Below are positions 1 through 12,733 of a DNA stretch of 64,000 nucleotides, piece by piece (position 1 is the stretch's first letter; every line of letters starts with the position of its first letter). The DNA lies in the NCBI GenBank assembly GCA_046563655.1, contig CM102290.1, forward strand, positions 1,736,001 to 1,800,000, read 5' to 3'. Origin of the DNA: Yuukianura sp. NJ FZ-2021. Its lineage: Eukaryota. Below the pieces are notes generated by a model, which ran no database searches, was not told the origin of the DNA, and was given only the letters and a program-made list of their open reading frames with translations. A program made the translations under genes and the position numbers.

Positions 1-324
1 GAAGTCGTATATTTAACTTTCTTGTTTCTCCAACTTCCTTTGACTTTTTATTTTACTTTTACGGCTCCTTCCTAAAAAAAAGTTCAGGAGACTCCAAACG
101 TCCTGTTTTTAGAAAATATACATAAAAACACTTTTTCATAAAACTACAAAAAAAAACTGATTTTTCTTTCCGCTTCTGGTTTCCTCACCTTCCAGTTTAG
201 TCTGTAAATACTAACATTAATTCAAAACTTACAAATTTTCTGTTTAAGAAACGGAAGCGACTGAGTAAAAAAAAAGTTAAAAAAATTGAAAACAATTTCT
301 AAAAATTTTGAATCTTTTTTTTAG

Positions 325-3300
325 GTTGAATGTGAGAATCAAAACCTGAGTGCTCTTCCAGACGGAATCTACGCCGAAACGCAAGTACTCAACATTTCAG
401 GCAATCGACTCGGAGTTCTTCCGCGAGACGCGTTTTTACGCGCCGGACTTCTGAATTTGCAAAGAATTTACGCCCGTAATTCGCGTCTCCGACAAATTGA
501 TCCTTTAGCATTCAATGAACTCATCAATCTTGTAGAATTGGATTTAAGTGATAATCTACTGACGGCAGTTCCATCAAATGCTTTTAAATCTACACAATTC
601 CTCAGGTAAACAGTAACGCTTTTACAATTCAAGGCTAAAAAAGTTAACACTTTCAAAAAACGGAAGGTGACAAGTGTAGGTGTGAAAATTCTCACTTTCA
701 CCTTTTTTCAATTTTGGCACACACAGCAGTATGTTTTGGAATGTTAAACGTTTGAGGCTTTTTTTGGAAAGAAGAAAAATGTTCGCTCAAGGTGAAAGTT
801 ATCGATTAGAAAAATGCTATCACGAGCTTTCACTCTTTTTTTTAATACCAATAAGGAAGTTGATGTGTCAAAATCAGTCATCGCCATCATTCTATCACGT
901 CGCGGTACACATTTGACTGCGTCAATATTGAAATGAAACTATGAAATGGTTTTTATATATTTTTCAAAAAAAAAAATTGAAAACAAAAAGAAACGTTGTC
1001 TTCCGGCTACGGAAACTCAAAAAAAAATTGAAATCGAAAAATCATATTATTTGAAAAACTTTTCTTTTCGTTTTTTAGACAAATTAATGGACCTGTTTTT
1101 TTAAAGGCTCCAAGAGTTATGTATCTTTTTTTTTCAAAATTTTGAAAAGATAGTGTGAAAAAATGTGAATCAGAGAAAAGTGAGAAACGGTTTTTGAGCG
1201 ATTCAAAAATCTTTTCTCAACTAATCAAGCTGGAATTTTGACACGCTTTTTTTTTCCTTTTTATACTTTTCTCCTTTAAAACTTTTTTTTCCAAAAACAT
1301 TTCACTCGTTTTTTTTTTCAAAAAAGTTTTCCTTTGGCGCTGCTGTTTGAAACTGTTGAAAGTTGGTCCATTTGGAGTCTAATGAACCGATTCCTTGTTT
1401 CCTAAAGAACCAATTTGAATGATGTTAGTTGAAAATTTATTTTCATTTGAGCACCAACGCATTCTACAAAGAATGGCGCCAAAAATCGTGAAATTCAAAA
1501 TTTTCAAAATTCAAATTCCCGGATTTCCGGAAACTACTAAGTTCGGTTTCCTACGGTTAGTACATTAGTGTCTCTGTCTGGTTTTAATTCCCATGACAAC
1601 CGAATGAGAACTTTCACTCTGTTCGGTTGTGCTTTTCTGGCTTTTCAAAAAGCTTTTTTAGAAAGGCTTTCAGAAACTCCGCCCAAGAAATTGTAGAAAA
1701 GTGAAAGGTTCCATTTTGCTTTTCTCAAAAACTGTTTTCTGAAATCAAATTGTGAGCATCAAAATATTTAATACCCACTTGAGTCTTCTGTCCTTTTGTT
1801 TGGTTCAAGGTTTTCCTTTGAGGTTTTTCCCTCTCCCTTCCAGAACAGACTTTGAAAAAGGCGGGAAAGTTTGCCTCTTTTGAAACTTTCTCTCCCTTTG
1901 ATTTCTCCACTTCCTTGGAAACACTTAAGGACTTGCACGTAATTAGGTTCTCCATTGGGAGTCAAAGTCTCAGCACTTTTTAATACGCTCCAACTTCAAA
2001 CTTCAACTTCTCTTTACATTTCAAACCTAACCTTTGAGAAAAACATAACCTTAGCCTAACTTCAACCAAAATCCTACCCTTAGCCTAACTTCAACCAAAA
2101 ACGTTGTGGATCCCCTCTTGGGAACACAAGAAGAGGCTTTTAGGAAACTAAACAACAGTGGAGACAGATGAAGTTCCGGTTTTATTCAAAATGATGAACT
2201 GTGTATGCAAATGAACGCTCATTCTTCAACAGATCTTGTGTTGGTACTGGAAATGTTGTCAAAAGGAAGTGTCAGAGTGAAGCCTCTTTTCAAAAAACTT
2301 GTGTTTCCATTTTCAAATTTTTCAAAAAAGAACCTTTCTTTTTCAAAATTGAAATCTGTGCGAATCTTGAATTTCAGTTTTGAGCTTATGTAGCTTGCAA
2401 CTCCGAAATCTGTGTAATTTTTAACTCCATTTATTTTCAGATTTTTGTTCTACATAAAAAAATTTTTTAATTCTTTTTTCATTTTTTTAGAGAACTGAAT
2501 TTGGCGGGAAATTCACTGGGCCGTATTCCTAGCGGAGCGTTTGAATTTGCCACGCAATTGATGAAGTTGGATTTGAGTCGATCAGGATTGAGTCGTATAG
2601 ATGACTCGGCCTTTGGAAATCTCAAACTTCTGGAATCACTCAAAATCACATCTAATCAACTTACGACACTAACCGACGTCACGGTAATCAATCACGCTCA
2701 ATTCATTTTTCTTTTTTTTTTTTCACTAGACTAAATAGGTTTAGTCAACCGAATTGTAACACTTTTTCTCAGGGGCACAAAAACTCAAATTTCATACAAC
2801 ACGAAAAGTTTATATCAAAAACTACTCTGAGTCGCCATTTTTCGGAGGCAAAGCGATCGATATTTATAAGTTGCTCGATTAACCTAAAACTGTCACAAGA
2901 AATTAACATTCTGCTCCACGAGGCTAGAAGCGCCATTTAGAAAAGCTTTTCTAAAAAAAAATAACAGAAAAAGACAAACGGAGAAAAGCGATGGGTTTTC
3001 CAATAAGTTCGGATGAAGAAACTCGTAGAGGGAGTAACTATTGGTCAACAGTCACTGATTTCATGCTACACTTAATTATAACGTAATCCAAATTGGGCAA
3101 AAGGTAAAGCGAAATTAACTTTTAGCGGGAGTAACTATAGTTACTCCCGCTATAGTCAGGAATTATATAATTCCTGATTTTTGTGATGGAGTGATCACGA
3201 AGGTGCTGGATTTGCTTGAAAGACGGCCGAAGCTTACACTTGTAACCACCGTGCACAAAACTGCGAAATAAGAAAAATTCAACTTCTCGGTTGAAGTAAG

Positions 3301-6300
3301 GCGTGCAGCGAGTGGGTACAAGGTTTTATAACAGAAATTTAAGTTTTTTTTTTTGGTTGAATTAAAGCATGCAGTGAGTATATAATAATTTAAAAAAATT
3401 CGGAACTGTTCGAAAATTCAAGTTTATCTGTTTGTCGGTTGAAGTAAGGCACGCCGTGGGGTGCTAAATTTTAGAATAGGAGTTCATGCCGTTCGGTTGA
3501 CGTAAGGCATGCAGTGGGTACATACCCTTGAACTTTGACCTTAGCTTCACCCCTGTTTCGAATCCTTGTCTCTGTCGCTGTCGATTCCGTGTGGACCCTT
3601 GAAGGGCCCTCGAGTGTTCCATTTGTATTGAACTTAACATGGATAAGGGGTTAGTTTAATCTGGAAGTCTACGATGATAATTTTATTCCAAAAACATGCG
3701 GAAGAGAGGCAAGAGAAAACGATCTTCTTAGTCGTTCTACCCGGAAGCGGTTGAGCGAAGAACAGCCTTTCTCCAGCACAAATGTTCTTGGCAAACGGTT
3801 TTGTTTTTTTGAAAAAATGGAGCTGGAAAAGACGTTCCCGCCAAAGTTTGAATTTTTATCTTTCCCGGCTTCCTCCTCTGCCATCTTCAACTTCTAATCG
3901 CTCTCATCTATAATTCCTTTTTTCCCTCCTCCACTGTACTCCCTTTGTCTCTCTTTTTGGCGGGGAGAAAATGCAGTTACAAAAATTATAATAATAAGTA
4001 ATTTGGTCTCGGAAAAAAATACAATAGAAAGATAAAGCGTTTTCAAATTTTTTTGTGCTTTCAAATTTTCAAATTTCTCGCTGCCAAGATTTTATGCCAT
4101 TACTTCTGAAAATAGAAAACAAAATAAAAGAGCGCGCAACAAAATACAAAAAGTTTAATAATTAAAAAATTCCTAAGTAGAAACGAGTTCCATTTTCTCA
4201 CCTCCATTTTTAGCGTCAATGAAACTTTTGAAAATTTTTATAGGATTTTTTTGTTGAATGAATTTTTTTTTCAAACTCCGAACTGTTAACAACTGACTAC
4301 ACTTTTGGTTAGGTTTATAATCGATATTTTTGTTAGTCCAGAGAAAGCTAGAAAAGTTACATTTACGACTGAACTTTTCTGGATATTGACCAGTAAAGAA
4401 AGTACAGTCTGTATAACATTTTTTAAAAACATTTATCAAGGTTCCTTGACAACCAAATTGTATTTCTTACAACAGGTTGTCCAGTAACTCAGGGTTTTCA
4501 AAAATCTTTCTTCAAACAACTTTTAGTACCAAATTAGCACCAATCCCACTTATTGTTAGATTACATGCAAAAAATTACCATAGGAAGGTAGATTTCCTAT
4601 TTTCCAACAAATTTTAAAACTTGGAGTTACAGTGGATTCTCTAAATAAGGGAAAAAATCACGATTGGAGGATAGGTAGTAGGCGCCTCCCCCAGTACCGT
4701 AAGATTTCTGGTAAACGGTCAGTTATATGGAATTTAAGGCTAGGAACACCATTCTAATGAAAATTTCCTGTTTCGAAGTTCAGAGTAGATAATTAATATT
4801 AATATATATATATAATATTCATATATCAATGCTAATTATATGTGATATCTATATACGTATCAATATTATATGGTATATTATATGCAAATTACGTTGTGAA
4901 TGTCACCCTTATTAAACAGGTTATATAATATAATATATTATATGCAGTGCGCAGTTGCGCCGTTTGTGCGTAGTTGCGCAGTTTGTGCGCAGTTGCGCAG
5001 TTTGTGCGCAGTTGCGCAGTTTGTGCGCAGTTGCGCAGTTTGTGCGCAGTTGCGCAGTTTGTGCACAGTTGCGCAGTTTGTGCGCAGATATATATATATA
5101 GCATAACTATATAAATATGATTATATTAATGTTAGTTAATTTCATTTAATTATCTAATTACTTTTGTTTCGCACCAAAAAAAATTAACCAAAAAAAAAAC
5201 AATCGTAAAATAAGCCGATAAACTGAAACATACGTTTCCTCCAAAATTAAAACTTTACGGTACCGCGACTTCGAGTGAAAGTGAGAAAGAGGAGGAGCTC
5301 CTGTCCCTTATTTAGAGAATCCACTGTATTAGACAACCTAGTGTAGAAAAGATTTCTTTTTCATTTACGAACCTTGGGGTATATTGAGAAACCATTTTTG
5401 TGAAAATTTGGTCAGTTTGCAGAAACATGAGTTTGGAAGGAGAAAGTAGAGTAATGGATTCGCGGGAAAATTCAAAGTCGAGGTCAAGATCCATTGTTAA
5501 TTTTTGTGTGGTGTCAGTTACGAATGAGTCCAATTTGGAGTATGTCGAGCTCCTTTGTTGTTTGGTCGAGCTGCCATTTTGTTTTTCCCTTCATCCCACG
5601 GTCCACTGAAGACAATGGAGAAAATGACATCTTCCCACAATGCTAGAAACAACAATATCAAATTACACAGACAAGAGTCAAAGTGGTGGAAAATGGGAGG
5701 GGGAGACAAAGGGAGGGGTTTTGGGCAGGAAAGTTTAAATTACAAAGTACAATTAGGAGGTAGCAGGAGAAACACAAAACTTTTGACACCTTTGTCATTT
5801 TAATCAACCTTCTATGCTTTATAACGCTCGAATTTTGATTCTAGGCCAATTTCAGTTTGATGCAAGTTTTGAGACGTACTGTACAACATTTTGATCAGTT
5901 TTATTTTGAAAAAGAAATGAGTTTTTTGAAAGTTTTTTTTTGTTGAAACACAAAACAAGATTGTTCAATATAGTTTATAAATATTTGATAACGTGTATTT
6001 CCTGGTAAATAACAAAGAAGATCCCAAGCTTGGAGTGTTGCGTTTCACTTTCACTGCAAACTTTTTTTGCACTGCTGTACCCAATGGAGCATCTTCCTTA
6101 AAAATCATTATAAAAATCGATTCTAACAAAATTTGAGTTCGGTTCTGTTCAAAATGAAAAGCAAATTCTATCCCTTGTTGTGTTTTTTTTTCAACCTTTT
6201 TTGAATTTAAAGTAAGGTTGAGGGCGGAATACGAAATCAACACTCCAATCTAAAAGAAAAGAGACACAAACGCATCAACTTAAAATTGAGCAGTGTTGTG

Positions 6301-9300
6301 GTACCCGACAAAGATCAAAAAATTCAAAAAAAAAATCTGAAAACGGAAAAAAAAGTAACTCGAGCTCTGTTTCTGAATTCGACCATCGAAATTGAAGTTT
6401 TGACAAAAAAAAAGCCCTTGGCTGCTAATTGAAGAAACTACAAACAAAGTTCCAAAAAATACAAGTGTTAATTTTTCCGTAAAAAAAAAACATAAGTGGT
6501 ACTAATCGACTAAAATAGGAGTGAGTAAAAGGAAAACTTCGTGTTTTGGTGTCAACTTTTGCAAAACTGAAAGCTGAAAAGTATTCCGGATGATGATGCA
6601 GAGGAGATGACAGACAGCGGGAAAGTTTTGTTGAAAATAATGAAACTGGATCTGGAAAGGAGAAAGGACGGGAAAATCCAGAATGCAGTGGATCATGAAA
6701 TCCGTTGTTGGAGCGTACAGTGCCCAGCCCAAGGTCTAATGAGTTCAAAATTCCATTTTCAAAATACCCGCTTTTCCTCTCTTTTGCTAGACGTTATTTA
6801 CCTTTTGTGTTCTTTTCAAATAGAAAAACATATTTGGTTTAGGAGGCGGCAGAAATTGAAACTAGGAGCCGGGAGTTATTGGGAAGATCAGATTCTTGGG
6901 CTAGTTGAATTTCATATTTTGGCGCTCAGGAACATCAGACGAGATCTCTTCACTTTCACTCCATCCTCCTCCTTCCTCCTTCCTCCACCTCCCTCCTCCT
7001 CTTTTGTTTTCCCCCTGCCAAAAGTTAATAATCCTTCCAGCTCTGCTCTCCGAGTAATTTGAGTTCTTTTTGGCGGGAGATGATCAAATGGATTGAATTC
7101 CTGGGATTGGAATGATAAATCAAAATCGGATGTACACTATGGTACGTAATACTACAAAAAATCAAAAAAATGAAAAAGGAAAAGTGCTTTCTCCAAGCAG
7201 GGGAAAAAAATTTCGGAGGAAAGTGAAATTCAAGAATTCCCGCTTTTTTTTCTTCACGGTGAAACCGTAGAACTACTATAAGAGCAAATGGGGAAAAATA
7301 ATTAAAAATAGCAAGGGAGAAAGTGGAGGGGAGAAAACGTGAAACACGCACGAAAAATTTTTGTTATTGATTTCACGCACACACACTTTTCCGCTCTTAC
7401 TTTTACTTTGGTTTGAGAAAGTTTTAGTTAGTATAAGGACTAAAGTGAACTCATGAATAAGTATACAAAGTGAAAAAAAAAGGAATTTCATGTTATGAAA
7501 ATATCATTTTTCAAAAATATACCTCAAAATTCAAAAATTTAGTTGCCACTCTGAATTTTTTGTTTACTAAATTGGCATTCCATGTCGTTTGGAAATGTTT
7601 CTTAGATTCTAGAAAAAAGTTTCTATTTTGAGAAATTTGTGAAGCTTTTAAACCTTATGAGAAGTAGAGGTCATTGACCTTACTTAAATTACGGTTCAAA
7701 ATCTAATTCGATTTTTTTCTCTAAAAATTACCTAAAAATTTTTTTCCAAAAATTTGAGTTTCTGTTAAATTTTGCAGGTCAAGTCATTTTCTCACTTGCG
7801 TGGCATTGAGTTACATGACAATCCGTGGGACTGTGACTGTCGTCTGCGTGACCTCAAGGTTTGGATTGAGACCAAGAAAATTCCACATCCTGTGTCTCCC
7901 ACTTGTCATTCTCCCGCGAGGCTCTCAGGTAATGTTAACCTATTTTCAAATCAACAACTTTCTAAAAAATAAAAAAAAGAATTCTAATTTTTTTTTCTCA
8001 AAAACTTTGTAATTTGAAATCCCACAGAGCATAGAAATTGCTTTGTTCAAACATCTTTGTTCAAACAAACAACATGAACCCTATTCAAGGAACTTTTCCT
8101 CCAGTTAAATTCAAATAATCAGGGAGACAACCTTTGAACTTCCCTCCACCGAAATTCCTTTCCCCCCAGCAACAAATTACTTTTGAGTTTCTTCAAGGAG
8201 ACACTTTCACTCTTTTTTTGAAAGAAGAAAGCTGAGGAAACTCATCAAGGGAAATGTATAGAAAAAGTAGGAAAAAAGAGAAAATGCCATCATCCACCAA
8301 AGTAGTCGATATTTGGATTTAGGCAGAGAAGAGGTTTAAGCTTTTAAAAAATCCATTTTTAAGGAAACGTCTGGAGCGAGAATCGAACTGCGGATAGCTT
8401 CATTCCTAAGCCTACGGTTTTCAAATTTGAAAAATGATCTTAGGATCTATAGTAACTACTACTAACTGCTACCTAGTGCTACTACTTAGCACCAAATTTC
8501 CAAAAATGGAGAGAAAAAAAGTTAGAAATGATTTTCTGTCAAAAACGGCGGCTCATAATAATGAACTATGCCTTTTCCACTTTACTCTCAACACGCATAA
8601 AATTCTCATTAAAGTCCTCATGATTTTTTGAATAAAGTGGACCCGAAAAAAAGCTTTTCTTAAGTACTACTAAAAAGTAAAAAAAAAGAAGTAAAATTAT
8701 AAAAAGTAGAAATGAAAGAAATGGAGAAAGTGGAGAAATTGCTTTCAAATTTCAAAATTTTTGCTGAAAGAAATGAATTCTCAAGTCGCCCTGGAACCAA
8801 ATGACAACAATTTTTTAAATTATGTTTTTTTTTAGGAAAACGATTTTTTGAACTTGGAGCGTCAGATTTTGCTTGTCCACCAGTCATCATACAGAACATT
8901 TTTGAGCGTCAAATTGGAGTAACTGAAGGAGAAAATGCTACTCTCAGTTGTTCAGTCGATTCACTTCCAATTACTAGTATTCACTGGTACTCACAACGGA
9001 GACTCATTACAAACAATATGGGAATCACCGCAAATCGGAAGTTCTTCATCCTTGTTGTAAGTTCTTTCGAAAAAAATCTGAAATTTTGAAGTCGTTTACT
9101 TTTTTGTAAGCTCAAGTTATTTCCAATAGTTCGATTTTTACTGTGATAACATTAATACTTAGAAAAGGTCAACCAATTAGGGAGTCACATTTGAAAAGCT
9201 TCCACTTTCACCACGTTTCCATTACTTCGGAACGTAATTTGGGATTTGAGCAGTTCGAATCCCAGAGTCGTTGACCTCCTGAGAGAACTCATTCAGTGTC

Positions 9301-12300
9301 CTCATTTTCCCAAGAACTTTTTTTCTCAAACCAAATGATTGGGAAGCTGGGCGTGTTACATGGAAAATGCTCCAGGCTAAGAGAAAAAGTCAGAAGCATT
9401 TTGAGCGAAGGTGGACTCGAACCTGTCACTCCGAATTTGACTCAATCTTGGAAAGTCACCTTGTGGTGATTGCTGGGCCCAAGGTTCTTCGACAACAGAA
9501 TTGTAATTCCTACAACAGGTTGTCCAATAACTCAAAGTTTCCAAAAAAATTTACAAATCAAACAAATGTTTGCGCCAATCCCATTTACATTACATACACA
9601 AATTAGCATAGAAAGGCAGATAAATTTTAAAATATAAAATTTCCATAATATTATTGGACAAACTGTTGTAGAAAAAGTTTTTTTTTTGTTTACGAACCTT
9701 GGTTGGGCCCCTCTTCAAAATCTAATTACGAGTTGTTCTCGCTTCATATCTTTACGATAGTTGGACCATGTTGGACTTTGATTTTTTTAAAACTTTTTGT
9801 TCGGCGGGTTTTTAAAAACTTTTTTGTGTTGTCTTGACAGGATGAGGAATCGGGAAGGAGTAACTTGACTTTAACGAATGCGCTGCAGAAGGACTCAGGT
9901 GACTTTGTGTGCGTAGTGGAGAATTCTGCTGGTGTGACAGAGGCTAATTTCACCCTCGACGTCTTCCCGCCTGAGCCATCGTTCCCCCTGTTCCCCACTT
10001 TGGACTTGACACACGTCTTTATCATCTGCGTAGGGCTCCTGGCCCTGCTGCTCCTCCTGTCCGTCGGAGTTCTCGTTGCGTTTTGGCGCAGACGCGCCCT
10101 CAAGCCACCTAGCGAGGACATGGCAATGCCACATAAGCCACCGAGGCTCAACTACGACGTCAACCCAGTGACGCAACACTTTGCGGCCAACGGCTACGCC
10201 AAGCCCAAGGTCGAATCGACTGATAATCCTGATCTCATTTTAGAAACTAACAATAGCGGCTCCTACCAGGTGAGAACCCGGTTCTGTCTAATCAAGGACA
10301 CAAGGTTTGTTCACTGATTTTCTTTCACAGGTTAGGTAGTACCTTATGTTTTTTTTTCCATTTTGCAAAAAAATTGTATGAACACTTTGTGTGAACTAGA
10401 GAGCTGCGCAGTCGCAGACCGATAAGGCGTAATGGTTAGGCTGGATCCACTTTGGGGCTGAGACGATCTTCCGGATGTCACTTTTTGGTTCCAAGTTACA
10501 AAGTTAATGTTTTTTAGGCGCTTGTTTTCGGTTTTTCAAAGAAAAAATGATCTAAAAATTCATTCAAAATGGCCATTAAGCGCATTCTAATTCTCATCTT
10601 GGCGAAGTAGGAGACAAGGGGAAAGTGAAGTTGTGAGTGAAGCTGAGATTGAGGCGTAATAATCTCATCAGTGGATGAGCGCGGTAGTTTCCAGAATATA
10701 GAATGAGACCCCCCCCCCTCCATGTTTTCATGTTAGGTTAGGAGGGGGGGGGTCGCGGTAAGGTATACATGGGGGGGTACAATGAAAAAGTATGAAGTAC
10801 ACCCACTTTACCTCGGATCGAGAGAGCATGAGGGGGGAGAAAAAGTATGGGGGGATGATGAGGTCTTGAGGGAGAGATCATTACCCCAAATTAGAATATC
10901 AGCCTCCCGTTCTTCCTGCATTTCAGAATTATTACGCAGCCAAGCACACTGAACAACCCCCCCCCCCCTCTCTTTCAGCCCCCCCTCAAACTATGCATTT
11001 TTGGTTAGGAGTGGAAGTAACTATAGGAGTCCTATGGGAAAGACAACAGGCCAGAAGCCATTTTATGGTCGGATGTTGCAGAGTAGTATAAAACGGAACT
11101 TTAACTTTTCAAACTTTCCCGCCTGTCGGCCACTACTGCTACACTAAATAACTTTTGAAAAGAAAACAACCCATTTCCGCGCCATTTCTCTTTAAATTTG
11201 AACATATTGAAAGTTGTTATTTTAAATGTTAGTCTTTTGGAATTCGAGGTTAGTTTATAAACTGATAAAGCTTAAGATTCACTCTAACGTTGAGTGTTAA
11301 AGTTACGTCCTTTGGCTATTTCTTGGAAAACTAAATCCTGTCAAAGTTGAACAGAGCGAGGGAGATTATGAATGAGGCGGTGGTTTCAAAATCTCGTTGT
11401 TTGCATGAGAATTGCGGGGAAATTTAAATTTGAACAGGCGCGTATACAACTTTTCGAGAAACCGCAAGGAACGACGTTCTCCTAAGAGAAAGCGGAAAAG
11501 GAAATTAGAAAGTTGGGGCTTATTGCTCCTAGTCATTTTGTTTGGGGAATTGTACTGTTGGAACATGGATTTAAACTTAGCGCTGACATCCGTCGATCCG
11601 AAAGGTCAAAGGTCAAAAAAGTCAATGGCTCAATCTAACTTCTTTTTCCACTGGGACTGGATATATCCGGATTAAGAATTCTGACCTACCGATTTGGGAT
11701 ATTGGGAAAACGTATGAATGGGTTGAGACTATTATTAGTTCAGTAATTGCTTTTGCATTGGTAATGACTGTAGGGACTTTCCCTCGTGCTTTTCAATTTT
11801 GAAACTTTCCCGCCGTCTTTTCCCGACCTAGTTCGCCGTTTCCATTTCACGTACGTCCGTACGTGGAATTGACCATACTTTCTCTTTTGTCTTTTTCCTT
11901 GAGTGAGATATTTATGGACGTCACAAGATTAATTATTTGAGGTCCCTCTTTAATCAAACTACGCTTCAAAATTTCCCACCTTTTATTTTTGGCACAAACG
12001 TCCATTTTTTATGAAATGTGCTTCACGCGACTTCCCGTTTTCTTCATTTCATGTCTTTGTCAACCTCCGTCATAGAGAAAGTGACGCTAAACTGACAAAA
12101 ACAGACTTTCTACAAAAAAAAAGTTCATCTTTGATCTCATCTTTCAAGAAAAAAAAAAGGAACGCGCGTTTCGACGTTTAAACCCTTTTCAAAGTACATA
12201 GAAAAAAAAGTAGCTAACACGTTTAGAGTCAAACGTGGCAGTTTTTGAATTAAAGAAATTTGGATTTTTTTTTCTTACAAAGATTTTAATTTTTCTTAAA

Positions 12301-12733
12301 AGAAAGATTAAAAGAAAAAGTTAAAATAGAAACTTTTAAAGAAAATTTTAAATTTTTCTTAAATTCTTGTTAGGAAACTGGAATGGAGGAGCAGAGTAGC
12401 AACAGTGAATTGAACTGGGAGCAGCAGAGCTACCGTAACCTTGGTTACGCCACCGAGTACCCCCCTGACTACGGACTGCCCATCATCCCAGAGAACAGTG
12501 TGGTGTACAATGACAGTGGGAGTTGCTATGGCAACGGACTGCAGTCCAACCTCACCCCCCTTAACAGTAGTAGTGTGAGTGGAAGTCACCATGCCCCCAT
12601 GGGCTCAGCCTCTGTCATCAGTGGCGTCTGGGGCAAAAATAACAAAGTGGGCACAAGGATCATCCGAGCTCCTTCGGCCCGAGACTCTCCGGATGAGGGC
12701 TATCAAGAAGGCTACTGCGGAACGGACGTCTAG
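325..12733 (+). CDS. kek1: Kekkon-1-like LRR + Ig (LIG) single-pass membrane protein, 5'-incomplete (signal peptide and start of the LRRNT lie upstream of the window)
   Basis: Six phase-consistent GT-AG exons: 325-605, 2491-2683, 7778-7928, 8836-9056, 9841-10269, 12374-12733 (544 aa). They encode LRRs (TQVLNISGNRL, LVELDLSDNLL), an LRRCT (GIELHDNPWDCDCRLRDLKVW), an Ig domain (GENATLSC...W...DSGDFVCVVENSAG...EANFTLDV), a TM helix, and a tail with YPPDYGLP, SPDEGY and a terminal GTDV PDZ-type motif, as recalled for Kek1. Confidence 0.9.
4630..5326. mobile_element. Non-autonomous Tc1/pogo-like DNA transposon
   Basis: Perfect 23-bp TIRs CAGTGGATTCTCTAAATAAGGGA flanked by a TA duplication (4628-4629, 5327-5328); no transposase ORF. 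Confidence 0.85.
4948..5087. repeat. 19-bp tandem repeat (TGCGCAGTTGCGCAGTTTG), about 7 units
   Basis: Directly visible array flanked by AT-rich low-complexity DNA; explains the repetitive ORFs at 4889-5106. Confidence 0.95.
9480..9701. mobile_element. P-like MITE family C (kek1 intron)
   Basis: CAAGGTT...AACCTTG termini; 8-bp TSD GCTGGGCC/GTTGGGCC (1 mismatch). Confidence 0.85.

Larger units (their letters stand above)
4437..5376. mobile_element. P-like MITE family C, interrupted by a TA-targeting element
   Basis: CAAGGTT...AACCTTG ends. The body matches copies at 9480 and 15252 and is split at GAGTTA/TATTAG by the 4630-5326 insertion. No TSD is recognisable. Confidence 0.75.

Noticed and set aside
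3285..3525. CRISPR-like repeat-spacer appearance
   Set aside because: Repeats are degenerate, spacing is irregular (about 58-82 nt), there are no cas genes and the context is a eukaryotic intron.
4889..5106. Cys/Ala-rich repetitive ORFs on both strands
   Set aside because: They are translations of the 19-bp tandem repeat inside a transposon.
10700..10990. G/C homopolymer runs suggesting G-quadruplexes (also near 27610)
   Set aside because: Such runs are frequent throughout the window; nothing marks these as functional.
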